Part shown: piece by piece, positions 49,513 to 58,739 of the stretch | Layout of the letters: the number at the start of each line of letters is the position of its first letter | Numbering within the stretch: position 1 is the stretch's first letter | Assembly: GCA_027315405.1 (NCBI GenBank) | Contig: DAHUYB010000077.1 | Location: 24,286-88,285 of the forward strand | Length of the DNA: 64,000 nucleotides | From: Gammaproteobacteria bacterium | GTDB lineage: Bacteria > Pseudomonadota > Gammaproteobacteria > Natronospirales > REEB76 | Reading direction: 5' to 3' | Made by a program: the position numbers and the translations under genes | The notes under the pieces: generated by a model | What the model was told of the DNA's origin: nothing | The model's database searches: none | Seen by the model: the letters and a program-made list of their open reading frames with translations, nothing else

Positions 49513-50340
49513 TTCAATAGCATGTACACGCTTTGTATCCGTCGTTTGTTTACGTTGGCAGTTGTCGCCAGCACGTTGCTGGCCACGCCCGCTTTCGCAG
49601 CCAGCAATGGCTTGGACGCCGGCATGCCGGCGTTTCCGGCACTCACCGGGCCGGTGGTGGACCAGGCGCACTTGCTGCCGGCGGACGTCCTCAACAGTCT
49701 TTCGCAAAAACTCGCGGCCTACGCCAATAACACCGGCACACAACTGGTAGTGGTGACCGTACCCACGCTCAACGGCTACCCCATCGAATACTACGGTTAT
49801 CAGTTGGGCCGCCACTGGGGTATCGGCCAGAAGGGCAAGAACAACGGTGCGCTGCTGATCGTGGACGCGGGCGAGAAACAGGTGCGCATCGAAGTGGGTT
49901 ATGGTCTGGAAGGCACGCTCACGGATGCCCAGAGTTTCAACATTATCAACAATATCATCCTGCCGCGCTTCAAGCAGGGCGATTACGCCGGCGGCATCGC
50001 CGCGGGCACCGATGCGATTCTCACGGTGCTCGGCAACCGGCAGCAGGCCGTCGCGCAGCAGCAAGTGCGCAACCGCTCCGGCGCCGGGTTTCTCATGCTG
50101 ATCATCATTCTGTTTGCACTCTTGCCATTGATGATGGCAATTTTTAGCCGCGGCGGCCGTGGCGCTCCCGGTAAAAGTAGCGGCGGGATGGGATGGTTAG
50201 GTTGGCTGGCCCTGGGGATGTTGAGTGGTGGGCTTGGGGGCGGTGGATTCGGCGGCGGGGGCCTTGGAGGCGGTGGCTTTGGCGGATTTTCGGGTGGCGG
50301 CGGATCGTTTGGTGGCGGTGGCGCCTCCGGAGGCTGGTGA
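49504..50340 (+). CDS. TPM domain-containing protein (YgcG-like) with Gly-rich C-terminal tail
   Basis: Signal peptide, TPM/phosphatase-like domain (VVDQAHLL...VVVTVPTLNGYPIEYY...GALLIVDAGEKQVRIEVGYGLEG), TM helix, then GGLGGGGFGGGGLGGGGFGG... An alternative start at ATG 49522 has a better SD. Confidence 0.8.
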   Translation: MRGFNSMYTLCIRRLFTLAVVASTLLATPAFAASNGLDAGMPAFPALTGPVVDQAHLLPADVLNSLSQKLAAYANNTGTQLVVVTVPTLNGYPIEYYGYQLGRHWGIGQKGKNNGALLIVDAGEKQVRIEVGYGLEGTLTDAQSFNIINNIILPRFKQGDYAGGIAAGTDAILTVLGNRQQAVAQQQVRNRSGAGFLMLIIILFALLPLMMAIFSRGGRGAPGKSSGGMGWLGWLALGMLSGGLGGGGFGGGGLGGGGFGGFSGGGGSFGGGGASGGW

Positions 50341-50359
50341 ACCGAAATGATTCAGAAAC

Positions 50360-50398
50360 TTTCTCCCCTCGCCCTCCGGGAGAGGCAAGGGTGAGGGT
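50360..50398 (+). repeat. intercistronic GC-rich hairpin repeat, copy 2
   Basis: TCTCCC (50362..50367) pairs with GGGAGA (50378..50383), followed by GGCAAGGGTGAGGGTG. Same arm and tail motifs as copy 1. Confidence 0.6.
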
Positions 50399-50416
50399 GC
50401 TTTTTGGGGGAACGAC

Positions 50417-51037
50417 ATGATCAAATTCTCCGACGCCGACAAAGCCCGCATCACCGCCGCTATCCACGCGGCGGAAAAAAACACTAGCGGTGAATTCGTG
50501 GCGGTGGTGGCGCGCAGCAGCGACCACTATATTTTTGTACCGCTGTTATGGGCAGCTATTCTGGCGTTGCTGGTGCCGGGTGTTTTCCTGCTGTCCGGCA
50601 ATTCTCTGGTCGCCATCCATGTTTATCAAATCCAGCTGGCGGTGTTTATCGTGCTCGCGTTTTTATTCTTGTTCGTGCCGGAGCTACATCTGCGGCTGGT
50701 TCCACGGCAGGTGAAACATTCACGCGCCAGCCGCCTAGCCAAGGCGCAGTTCTACCAGCAGGGTGTGCAGCTGACGCCGCATCATTCCGGGGTGCTATTG
50801 TTTGTCTCCCTGGCGGAACATTATGTGGAGATCGTAGCCGACCAAGGCATCCATGAAAAACTCGGCGAGGCTCACTGGCAGGGCATCATTCAGGATTTCG
50901 TGGCGCAGGTCCGCAAAGGCCAGGTGGTGGATGGTTTTGTAACGGCTATCGGCGCTTGCGGTGCCGCTATGGCGAAGCACTATCCCCCCACGCCGGGTAA
51001 TAACAACGAATTATCAGACGGGCTTATCGAAATCTGA
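50417..51037 (+). CDS. TPM domain-containing membrane protein
   Basis: 206 aa. AAIHAAEKNTSGEFVAVVA, two TM helices, then a ...GVLLFVSLAEHYVEIVADQGI... TPM core. Third gene of the lemA-TPM-TPM module. Confidence 0.72.
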   Translation: MIKFSDADKARITAAIHAAEKNTSGEFVAVVARSSDHYIFVPLLWAAILALLVPGVFLLSGNSLVAIHVYQIQLAVFIVLAFLFLFVPELHLRLVPRQVKHSRASRLAKAQFYQQGVQLTPHHSGVLLFVSLAEHYVEIVADQGIHEKLGEAHWQGIIQDFVAQVRKGQVVDGFVTAIGACGAAMAKHYPPTPGNNNELSDGLIEI

Positions 51038-51038
51038 G

Positions 51039-51548
51039 TTAAACCTGGTTCGAGTCCATCTGCTCGCTGCTGGTTTTGGCGTAGCCTCGTGGGCGAATCG
51101 CAACGGTGTTGGTGATGCGCGTGCACAAGCTGCCGTCGGTCAGGTAAAAACCGTATTCAAAGGTAGGCGTGGCGCGGCCGTTGGCATTTAATTCCGCGTT
51201 AATCGCGGCTTCCTGATCCGGTGGCATCTCGAAGCGCAGTTCCAGGTCGGTGCTGCCGGGCATCTCGAACGCGATGTGCATGGCGCGGGTCCATACCGAG
51301 TAGCCCGGGAATACCCGCGCACAGGATAACGCAGCGATCGGATCCGCCAAGGCCGCCTGCCAGCCGCCGAACATGTCGCCGGAGAGATTGCTGGAAAACG
51401 CTGTCAGGGGCAGCTGGATGCGCAGCCGGCGCCAGCCATCCTGTGCTTCCAGCACCCTGGCACGCATCTTGAAGAACGGCGGATACAGTTCCAGCCGCCG
51501 GGTTTCCGGCATGAATTTCATTTTGGCGATTAAGCGCAGCAAGCTCAT
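51039..51548 (-). CDS. hotdog-fold thioesterase-like protein (PaaI/YiiD_C/DUF4442-like)
   Basis: 169 aa. ...NLSGDMFGGWQAALADP... resembles the hotdog-fold active-site region. The assignment is tentative. Confidence 0.45.
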   Translation of the reverse strand: MSLLRLIAKMKFMPETRRLELYPPFFKMRARVLEAQDGWRRLRIQLPLTAFSSNLSGDMFGGWQAALADPIAALSCARVFPGYSVWTRAMHIAFEMPGSTDLELRFEMPPDQEAAINAELNANGRATPTFEYGFYLTDGSLCTRITNTVAIRPRGYAKTSSEQMDSNQV

Positions 51549-51600
51549 GTCCGCTCCCGGTCGGTCCGAGGTATTCTATGTCACACTATGGAGAACCGTC

Positions 51601-52068
51601 ATGCGCCCGGTACAAAACTGGCTGGATGAATACGGCGAGAGTCACCGAAACCCGGTGAACAAATCCCTCCACTGGATTTGTGTGCCCCTCATCCTGCTGT
51701 CCCTCGTCGGCCTGCTGTGGTCAATTCCCGTGCCGCAGGTTTTCGCGCGGCTCTCGCCGCTGCTGAACTGGGGTGTGTTGTTTATGATCGCTGCGCTGCT
51801 GTATTACTACGCGCTCGCCTGGCGGCTGGCACTCGGCATGACTGTGGTGGTGCTGGTGATAATCGCCATTGTCGGCGGCGTGGAGCAGTTGCCGGCACCG
51901 CTGTGGCTGGTGTCGCTGGGTGTATTCGTGATCGCCTGGACAGGCCAGTTCCTCGGCCATAAAATCGAGGGCCGCAAGCCCTCGTTCTTGAAGGACATCC
52001 AGTTCCTGCTCATCGGCCCCCTATGGTTGCTGGCGTTCCTGTACCGGCGCGCGCATATCGCCTACTGA
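51601..52068 (+). CDS. DUF962 / Mpo1-like membrane protein
   Basis: From ATG 51601: MRPVQNWLDEYGESHRNPVNKSLHWICVPL...GQFLGHKIEGRKPSFLKD matches the DUF962 pattern. Confidence 0.75.
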   Translation: MRPVQNWLDEYGESHRNPVNKSLHWICVPLILLSLVGLLWSIPVPQVFARLSPLLNWGVLFMIAALLYYYALAWRLALGMTVVVLVIIAIVGGVEQLPAPLWLVSLGVFVIAWTGQFLGHKIEGRKPSFLKDIQFLLIGPLWLLAFLYRRAHIAY

Positions 52069-53360
52069 TTTTTCAGCGCTACTTGCTTCACGGCTTCGGC
52101 CACCGCCACATGCACGGTTTTATCCAGCACATGGGGTAGCAGTTCATCCGGTGGCGCCAGTTCCGCAAGTTTATCGGCGGCCGCCAGATACATCTCCTGG
52201 GTGAAGCGTTTGGCACGCGCGTCCAGGGCACCGCGGAACAGCGCCGGGAATCCCAGGGCATTGTTGACGCTGCGGCCGTCCGTGGCAAAGGCCGCGCCGT
52301 GTTCCAGGGCGCTACGCGGTTCGATCTCCGCTTCCGGATTCGAGAGCGCGAAAATCAGCTGGCCGGTGCGCACCATGTCCGGTTTTATGAGTCCTTTGAC
52401 GCCGGTAGTGGCGATAACGATTTGCGCCTGCTGCATCAATTCTTCGAGACTCGCGCGCTTGCCGCCCAGGCGTTCCAAGCGCGCCAAGGCTTCCTCACGC
52501 AGATCCGCGCCCAGTACCTGTTTGACCCCGTAACGCAACAGCAAACTGGCAATGCCAATGCCAGCGGCTCCCAAACCCACCTGGCCGACGACGGAATTCT
52601 TGAGATCCTGGTGTACGCGCCGGCTGGCGGTGAGCAAGGCCCCCAAAGTCACCACCGCGGTGCCGTGCTGGTCATCCTGCATCACCGGCTTGTTGAGTTT
52701 CTTTATCAGGGCCTCTTCAATCTCGAAACAAGCGGGCGCGGCAATGTCCTCGAGGTGAATGGCGCCGAAAGACGATTCAATAGCGAGCACCGCATCAATG
52801 ACCTTCTTGGGTTCGGTGTCCGTGAGCAGGATCGGCACGCCGGAAATACCCGCGAACTTGGCATAGATCATGGCCTTGCCTTCCATCACCGGTAGTCCGG
52901 GGAGGGCGCCGATGTGTCCGAGGCCGAGAATGGCGGTGCCGTTGGTAATGATGCCCACGGTGTTGCCGAGGTTGGTGTAGTCCCAAACTTTTTCCGGATG
53001 CTTCTGGATGGCGAGACAGACACGCGCCACACCCGGCGTGTAGAGGTCGCGAAGCTGCTGGATGGAATCCAGCGGTACTTTGGAGATGGTTTCGATTTTG
53101 CCGCCGCGGTGCCGGTCGAACACCCGATCGGAGCGCCCCAATAATCGGCCATAGGGCAACTCGGCGAGGCGTTCATATAGCTGTTTGCCCGCGGCCTCGT
53201 CCATCTCCACGGTGATTTCCCACACACTCTTGTCCTGAGCGCGGCGCACCAGGCTAATGTGATCCACGATGATGCCGCATTCGCCGATGGCGGTGAGAAT
53301 GCGGCCCAGGTTGCCGGGCCGGTGCTGGGATTCAATGACTAGAACTTCAGGGACTTGCAT
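52062..53360 (-). CDS. NAD(P)-dependent malic enzyme with N-terminal ACT-like domain
   Basis: 432 aa. The malic-enzyme core has FDRHRGGKIE...LYTPGVA...GNTVGIITNGTAILGLGHIG...PVMEGKA...GAAGIGIA. It is preceded by about 70 aa of ACT-type sequence (VIESQHRPGNLGRILTAIGE...). Confidence 0.88.
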   Translation of the reverse strand: MQVPEVLVIESQHRPGNLGRILTAIGECGIIVDHISLVRRAQDKSVWEITVEMDEAAGKQLYERLAELPYGRLLGRSDRVFDRHRGGKIETISKVPLDSIQQLRDLYTPGVARVCLAIQKHPEKVWDYTNLGNTVGIITNGTAILGLGHIGALPGLPVMEGKAMIYAKFAGISGVPILLTDTEPKKVIDAVLAIESSFGAIHLEDIAAPACFEIEEALIKKLNKPVMQDDQHGTAVVTLGALLTASRRVHQDLKNSVVGQVGLGAAGIGIASLLLRYGVKQVLGADLREEALARLERLGGKRASLEELMQQAQIVIATTGVKGLIKPDMVRTGQLIFALSNPEAEIEPRSALEHGAAFATDGRSVNNALGFPALFRGALDARAKRFTQEMYLAAADKLAELAPPDELLPHVLDKTVHVAVAEAVKQVALKNQ

Positions 53361-53541
53361 GTTGAATGCTTATGTTATGGAGAATCGTGAGGCGGCTATG
53401 TTAGCGCTTCGCCTCAAACTGGTAAAAACCCGGTTCCGGCGTATATGAAGAAACGTTAATCCAGATTTAGTCCTGGTTATCGAACCACAACCTGCCGATA
53501 TGCTAGCTTGCGGCCTTACTATCACAAAAAGGTATCCGGTC

Positions 53542-53847
53542 ATGAAGCCATTTCGGACAATTATTACTGCTGCCCTGATACTGTTGGCACCACTGGTTGC
53601 CGCTCAGGCCTACAGCGGGCACCAATACGCCAAACAGGCCCGCATCAGCCTGGCGCAAGCCCGTGCCACTGCGCTCAAAGCATTCCCGGGGAAAATACTG
53701 AAACAGGAACTCGAGCAGGAGGCCGGCGGCAGCGGGCTCAGATATTCCTTCGATATCCGCAACCAACAGACTGTACATGAAGTCGGGGTGGACGCCAAAA
53801 CCGGCAAGCTGCTGGAGAATTCCGACGATTCAAACGACAAGGATTAA
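53542..53847 (+). CDS. PepSY domain-containing secreted protein
   Basis: Signal peptide MKPFRTIITAALILLAPLVAAQA. ISLAQARATALKAFPGKILKQELEQE...YSFDIRN...EVGVDAKTGKLL fits PepSY. Confidence 0.7.
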   Translation: MKPFRTIITAALILLAPLVAAQAYSGHQYAKQARISLAQARATALKAFPGKILKQELEQEAGGSGLRYSFDIRNQQTVHEVGVDAKTGKLLENSDDSNDKD

Positions 53848-53864
53848 GGTTGAGACTTGCGCAT

Positions 53865-53894
53865 GAAAAGCCCGGTGTCATCATAGGCGCCGGG
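53865..53894 (-). terminator. possible terminator after hemY
   Basis: 7-bp GC stem with one mismatch (53871..53877 pairs with 53888..53894), followed on the minus strand by CUUUUC. Weak. Confidence 0.3.
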
Positions 53895-53907
53895 GTTCCG
53901 TGTCGTG

Positions 53908-55137
53908 CTAACCACGCACGCGCCGCAGCTTGCCGGGCCTGAACGACTTGATCTTGCCGCCCAGCGACAGCGCCAAACCGTCGCTGAACGCCTGCATGGC
54001 ATGTTCCGGTTCGCCCAGGGACTTGAGCAGTTTGCCCAGCTCTTCATAGGCTTCCGGCCGCCCGCCCAGCACAATACTGGATTCCAGATAACTGCGGGCT
54101 TTGCCCCAGAGCTTCGCCACCACGCACAGGCGGCCGGCAGTTAGCAGCAGCGCCGCGCTCTCACCCTTCTGCGCCAGCCAATCCTCCACCCGCGCCAGTT
54201 GCCGCACCGAATCATCGGCGCGTGTCTGGCCATAAAGCACCACCAACTCTTCGTCCCAATCGGACTTGAGCGCATCACGCGCGATGCTTTCCGCGGGTTT
54301 GTATTCGCCGAACTTTATCAATGCCTGAACGTAAGCACGCACTACATTGATGTCGCTGCGCAAACGCCGCGGCATGTCGTTCCACAGAACCGTTGCCTGG
54401 GCACTTGCGGATTGGGCATCCATGCGCTCCAGTAATGCGCACACCGCATGCGACTCCAGACGATCGATTTCCGCGCGTGGCATGACGCGAAGTTCCCGCA
54501 GTTTCGGAATCAGCGCCCGCAGCGGCATCCAGTCGCCAAGTTTCCTATAAAGACGCGCCAGCAGCTTCAGACCGTAAGCATGCTTGGGATCCAATTCCTG
54601 CAGATGTCGCAGCGTGGCCAGGGCATGTTCGTATTGACGATGGTCGATCTGTAGTTCTGCCTGGGTTAGCAGCACCGCCAGATGCGCCGCTGGCACCTGT
54701 TCGTAGGCGCGCCGCAGGTAGGCGTCGCGGCGTTCGTGGGCGCCTTGCATCTGCGCGGCACGGGCGGCGGCGATGTAGGTGATCAGCGGCACCTTGCTGT
54801 CGGCGGCATGTCGCATGAGGTGGCGTTCGCTGTCGCTCCAGCGGCCTTCGGCCAGGTCGATGAGGCCGCGGATGGAAGAACGTCGCGAGCGTAGTTCGCG
54901 GCGCCGCTCCATGGCCGCACGTATCCGCCGCGGGAAAGTCCAGAGCTTCACCACCAGTGTGGTAAGCAAGTACAGCGCGAAAAACACGAACAAGATCAAT
55001 ACCATCAACGTACCCAGTGACATCTCCACGCTGGTGTGGTGCCAGGAGAGCAACACATAACCATTGTCCACGTGCAGTGCACTGGCGACGATGACGGCAG
55101 CCAGCAACGCCAGCAGCAGGAAGAAGGCGTATTTCAT
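53908..55137 (-). CDS. hemY: heme biosynthesis-associated TPR protein HemY
   Basis: From ATG 55137: two N-terminal TM helices then TPR repeats. Follows hemX with an ATGA overlap. Confidence 0.85.
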   Translation of the reverse strand: MKYAFFLLLALLAAVIVASALHVDNGYVLLSWHHTSVEMSLGTLMVLILFVFFALYLLTTLVVKLWTFPRRIRAAMERRRELRSRRSSIRGLIDLAEGRWSDSERHLMRHAADSKVPLITYIAAARAAQMQGAHERRDAYLRRAYEQVPAAHLAVLLTQAELQIDHRQYEHALATLRHLQELDPKHAYGLKLLARLYRKLGDWMPLRALIPKLRELRVMPRAEIDRLESHAVCALLERMDAQSASAQATVLWNDMPRRLRSDINVVRAYVQALIKFGEYKPAESIARDALKSDWDEELVVLYGQTRADDSVRQLARVEDWLAQKGESAALLLTAGRLCVVAKLWGKARSYLESSIVLGGRPEAYEELGKLLKSLGEPEHAMQAFSDGLALSLGGKIKSFRPGKLRRVRG

Positions 55138-56213
55138 GGCGCCTTGTCCCGCGCGGGTTCCAGGTGCCGCAGCCGGGTGAGTGATGCGGAGATGTCCGGC
55201 AGCGGCGGATTGATTTGTTGCTGTTGCATTTCCGTAAGTGCCTCGATGGCGGCTTTCACGGCGTTGTCCTGGGTGTTGAAGTAGGTCTTGAGCCAACTGC
55301 CGGCCAAATGCGCACTGCTTTGAAAAGCGGCATTGTCGCGTTCCAGCAAGGCCGCGCGCGCCGCCGCCAGCCGCAGTTGCAGGTTCTGGCGCAGAAAGTA
55401 TTCTTGCTGTGGTTCCAGCAGCGGTTCGATGTTTGTCAGGCGGTGGTGCACGCTAAAGATATCCTTGAGGAGCCGTTCCACGCCGGCCTTGAACCGGTTC
55501 CACAAAGTCGGGGAAGCGGGCGCGCCATTATCGGCGTGCCGGATGGGAACATAGCGCTTCGGCGCCACGCGCTTGAGTGGCCAGTGATCCGCCGCTTCGC
55601 TGAGGCTCGTGAGGGTAGCGGCCATACCGGTCACGTCCACTTGCGGCACGCTATGCAAGGCGGTTTCCTCCCGCGCGATCAGCTGGCGCACCGGGATGAG
55701 CCCCGGGTCGGCCAGCAGTTTCAGTCGCTCATCGGCGGCCTCGAGTGCCTTGAGTGCCAGCCTCGGATCGGCGTTGAGTTGCACCTGGTCGTTGGCGGCC
55801 ATCAGTAAGCTAGCCGCTTCCGCCTTGATCCAGGCGTCGCGGCCTTGTTCGGAACGCCGCCGCAGGTCGGTAAGCGCCGCGTCCATGCTGTCGAGCCGGT
55901 CGCCGAAACTCTTGAGCGTCTGCTGGGTGGTGCTGATGTCGTTATTCAATTCGCTGCGTGGCGCCGCCGATTGCGCCAACGCCTCCAGCCGCTGATTTAC
56001 AGTTTGCAGACCGGCGCTGAGTTGCGCTGCTTGGGTGCGTTGCGTGCGGGTGAAGTTCACCCAACCGGCGACCATCAAGATCAAGCTCACGATAGCCAGC
56101 ACCAGTGCCAGCCAGCCGAGCCAATGCCGATGCCGGATCAAAATCGGGGGCGTGATTTTAACCAGATTTTTCCCCGGCGTATCGGATTCGCGAGGTTCAT
56201 GCGCGGCGCTCAT
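55134..56213 (-). CDS. hemX: uroporphyrinogen-III C-methyltransferase-like membrane protein HemX
   Basis: TM anchor then a long coiled coil (HemX family). Position hemD-hemX-hemY. Confidence 0.8.
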   Translation of the reverse strand: MSAAHEPRESDTPGKNLVKITPPILIRHRHWLGWLALVLAIVSLILMVAGWVNFTRTQRTQAAQLSAGLQTVNQRLEALAQSAAPRSELNNDISTTQQTLKSFGDRLDSMDAALTDLRRRSEQGRDAWIKAEAASLLMAANDQVQLNADPRLALKALEAADERLKLLADPGLIPVRQLIAREETALHSVPQVDVTGMAATLTSLSEAADHWPLKRVAPKRYVPIRHADNGAPASPTLWNRFKAGVERLLKDIFSVHHRLTNIEPLLEPQQEYFLRQNLQLRLAAARAALLERDNAAFQSSAHLAGSWLKTYFNTQDNAVKAAIEALTEMQQQQINPPLPDISASLTRLRHLEPARDKAP

Positions 56214-57021
56214 GCTCTCTCCTGTGTTTGCGTTGTTCACGTCCCTGGCGTGTCCACCATTGCACCAGGGCGTGCACCAGTGCGCGATCACCGGCATCGG
56301 CGGCGATCACCGGTCGACGGCGGATGCCCAGGGCGCCCGCCAGTTTGATTATCCGCGCGCTGGATACCAACAGCTGCGCCGAACGCAGATACGGCGTGAG
56401 CGCCGGACTCAGCATGCGGTCCAGATTGAGCAACGCCTCACGGCTGGTGACCGCGATGACATCGATTCTGCCCTGACGGAACCAGCTGCCGAGTTCGCTG
56501 TGGTCCAGACGCGGTACGGCACGGCGATAAACCTCGGCGTAATTCACCTGCGCGCCGCGTTCCTCCAGGGTCTCCGCCAGCAATTCACGCCCGCCCTGGC
56601 CGCGCACAATAAGGATGCGTTTGTTGCTCACCGCATTCAGCGCTTTGAGTTTGAGCAGCGCCTCGCTGTTGGTGCCGTCGCGCGGCAGCATGTCCGGTTT
56701 GCGGCCATGGGCGCCGAGTGCACGCGCCGTGCCCGGACCGATGGCGGCCAGTTTGAGTTTCGGCGGCAAGGTGCTGAAATCCAGATAATCGGCGGCGTAG
56801 TCCACCGCATTGGGGCTGATGAAAATCGCATAGTCATAGCGGTCAAGCCGCTTGAGGCAGGTATCCAATTCTGCGGAACGCCTCGCTGACAGGATTTCGA
56901 TGGTGGGAAAATGCAGCACTTCAGCGCCCTTGGTTTCCAAGCGCGCCCTGAGGGCTTCACCCTGGTGCATGGGACGGGTGATGACGATGCCAGCGTCCTT
57001 GAGCGGTCGGGGAGCTGCCAC
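56197..57021 (-). CDS. hemD: uroporphyrinogen-III synthase
   Basis: 274 aa, HemD family pattern (VITRPMHQGEAL...FISPNAV...). Follows hemC. Confidence 0.88.
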   Translation of the reverse strand: MAAPRPLKDAGIVITRPMHQGEALRARLETKGAEVLHFPTIEILSARRSAELDTCLKRLDRYDYAIFISPNAVDYAADYLDFSTLPPKLKLAAIGPGTARALGAHGRKPDMLPRDGTNSEALLKLKALNAVSNKRILIVRGQGGRELLAETLEERGAQVNYAEVYRRAVPRLDHSELGSWFRQGRIDVIAVTSREALLNLDRMLSPALTPYLRSAQLLVSSARIIKLAGALGIRRRPVIAADAGDRALVHALVQWWTRQGREQRKHRREHERRA

Positions 57022-57023
57022 GG

Positions 57024-57956
57024 CTATGAATCCATTACCTGGCGCAGTACTTCGGCAGCGCCCCGGCCCAGCATGTCGGCAGCCAGCCGCCGGCCCAGGT
57101 CTTCGGCGTGGTCTGCGGGGCCGTGTATTTCACCGTCCACCATCCGGCTGCCGTCCGGCAGTCCCACACGGCCGCGTAAGGTCAGCGAATGACCGTCGAG
57201 TTCCGCATAGCCCGCCACCGGTAAATTGCAGCTACCGGACAAGCCCTGATTCAAGGCCCGTTCCGCCAGTGTGCGCTGCCAGGTGGGCGCATGATTGAGT
57301 GGTGCGAGCAAGTTGCGGGTCTCCTTATCGCCGATGCGGCACTCGATCCCGATGGTGCCCTGGGCGATGGCCGGCAGACTTATCTGCACGTCGAGCACGG
57401 CGGTGATTTTGTGCGCAAGTTGCAGCCGCTTCAATCCCGCCACTGCCAGAATCAGGGCATCGTAATCCCCCTGCTCCAGTTTCTTGAGGCGGGTATCTAC
57501 ATTGCCGCGCGACAGCAGGATTTGCAAATCCGGGCGGCGGCGCAGCAACTGGCATTGGCGTCGCAGACTGGAGCTGCCCACACGCGCTCCCCGAGGCAGC
57601 GCCGCCAACGCCGGCCAGCCGGCCGACACGAAGGCATCCCGGGGGTCTTCCCGCTCCAGTACCGCGGCGATAACAAAACCCGCGGGCAACGCCACCGGCA
57701 CGTCCTTCATGGAATGCACCGCAAGATCGGCGCGCTTATCGGTGAGCGCATTTTCCAGTTCTTTCACAAACAGACCCTTGCCGCCCACCAACGCCAGAGA
57801 GTCCTGCAGACTGCGGTCACCCTGGGTGGTGAGCGGCAACAGTTCGACCGCACGCGGCGCTGCCAGCGGGCGCAAGCGTGCCGCCACATGTTCGGCCTGC
57901 CAGAGAGCCAGCGCGCTCTTGCGCGTGGCGATGCGAAGCGGTTTGAGATTCATCAA
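57024..57956 (-). CDS. hemC: hydroxymethylbilane synthase (porphobilinogen deaminase)
   Basis: LRIATRKSALALWQAEHV...TQGD...GGKGLFVKELE...AVHSMKDVP are HemC hallmarks. Confidence 0.95.
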   Translation of the reverse strand: MMNLKPLRIATRKSALALWQAEHVAARLRPLAAPRAVELLPLTTQGDRSLQDSLALVGGKGLFVKELENALTDKRADLAVHSMKDVPVALPAGFVIAAVLEREDPRDAFVSAGWPALAALPRGARVGSSSLRRQCQLLRRRPDLQILLSRGNVDTRLKKLEQGDYDALILAVAGLKRLQLAHKITAVLDVQISLPAIAQGTIGIECRIGDKETRNLLAPLNHAPTWQRTLAERALNQGLSGSCNLPVAGYAELDGHSLTLRGRVGLPDGSRMVDGEIHGPADHAEDLGRRLAADMLGRGAAEVLRQVMDS

Positions 57957-58004
57957 TGGACGGCGGTCAAAAGGGCGCTAATCGTAGCAGGAATAGGCCA
58001 CGCT

Positions 58005-58739
58005 TTAACGGGCATTGCGCAGCTGGGCACGCACCTCCGCCACCATCCGCCGGCTTACTTCCACCGGCTCGGCGCGGCTATGCAGGCGTATCAGGAAACG
58101 ACCGTCATCGCTCTTGTCCAGGCTCTGGATATGCGCTAGCGCCACCAGTGCGTTACGGTGGACGCGGATGAAAAGCTCGGAAAATTCCTTTTCCAGGTCC
58201 TTGATTGCTTCGTCAATCAACAACTCACCCTGGCTGTGACATACGGTCACGTATTTCTGATCGGCGATGAAACACTGGATGGTGTTTACCGGCACCACAT
58301 GCAGTTTGTCGCGCAAGCGCGCGCAGATATGGTGGCGCGCCGCATGCGCGGTTTGCTGGGCCAGCTGGTTGAGCTGCACGCGATTGAGCCGGCCGGCGTT
58401 GGCAAGCGCCGTACTGAGTTGTGCTTGGCGCACCGGTTTGAGCAGATAAGCGATGGCGCGGGTGTTAAAGGCTTCCACCGCAAATTCATCGTAGGCGGTG
58501 GTAAAGATCACCGCCGGCGGATTGTCGAGACCCGCAAGGTGGCGCGCCGTTTCCAGACCGTCCATCACCGGCATGCGGATATCCAGCAACAGCACATCGG
58601 GCTGTGTTACTTCCCAAAGCCGCAGCGCGTCACGGCCGTTGGCGGCCTCACCGACGATTTCGCAACCGGGAACTTCGGCCAGCAAGCTCTTGAGGCGCGT
58701 GCGCGCCGGCAATTCGTCGTCAACCACCAGGACTTTCAT
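58005..58739 (-). CDS. algR: LytTR-family response regulator (AlgR-like)
   Basis: Receiver domain (MKVLVVDDELPAR...DVLLLDIRMP) plus a C-terminal LytTR DNA-binding domain. Pseudomonas-like algZ-algR-hemC synteny. Confidence 0.85.
   Translation of the reverse strand: MKVLVVDDELPARTRLKSLLAEVPGCEIVGEAANGRDALRLWEVTQPDVLLLDIRMPVMDGLETARHLAGLDNPPAVIFTTAYDEFAVEAFNTRAIAYLLKPVRQAQLSTALANAGRLNRVQLNQLAQQTAHAARHHICARLRDKLHVVPVNTIQCFIADQKYVTVCHSQGELLIDEAIKDLEKEFSELFIRVHRNALVALAHIQSLDKSDDGRFLIRLHSRAEPVEVSRRMVAEVRAQLRNAR

Noticed and set aside
50220-50340. Gly-rich GGLGGGGFGGGG repeats as a possible tandem-repeat or contingency locus
   Set aside because: This is the normal low-complexity C-terminal tail of YgcG-type TPM proteins. 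The DNA repeats are imperfect and in frame.
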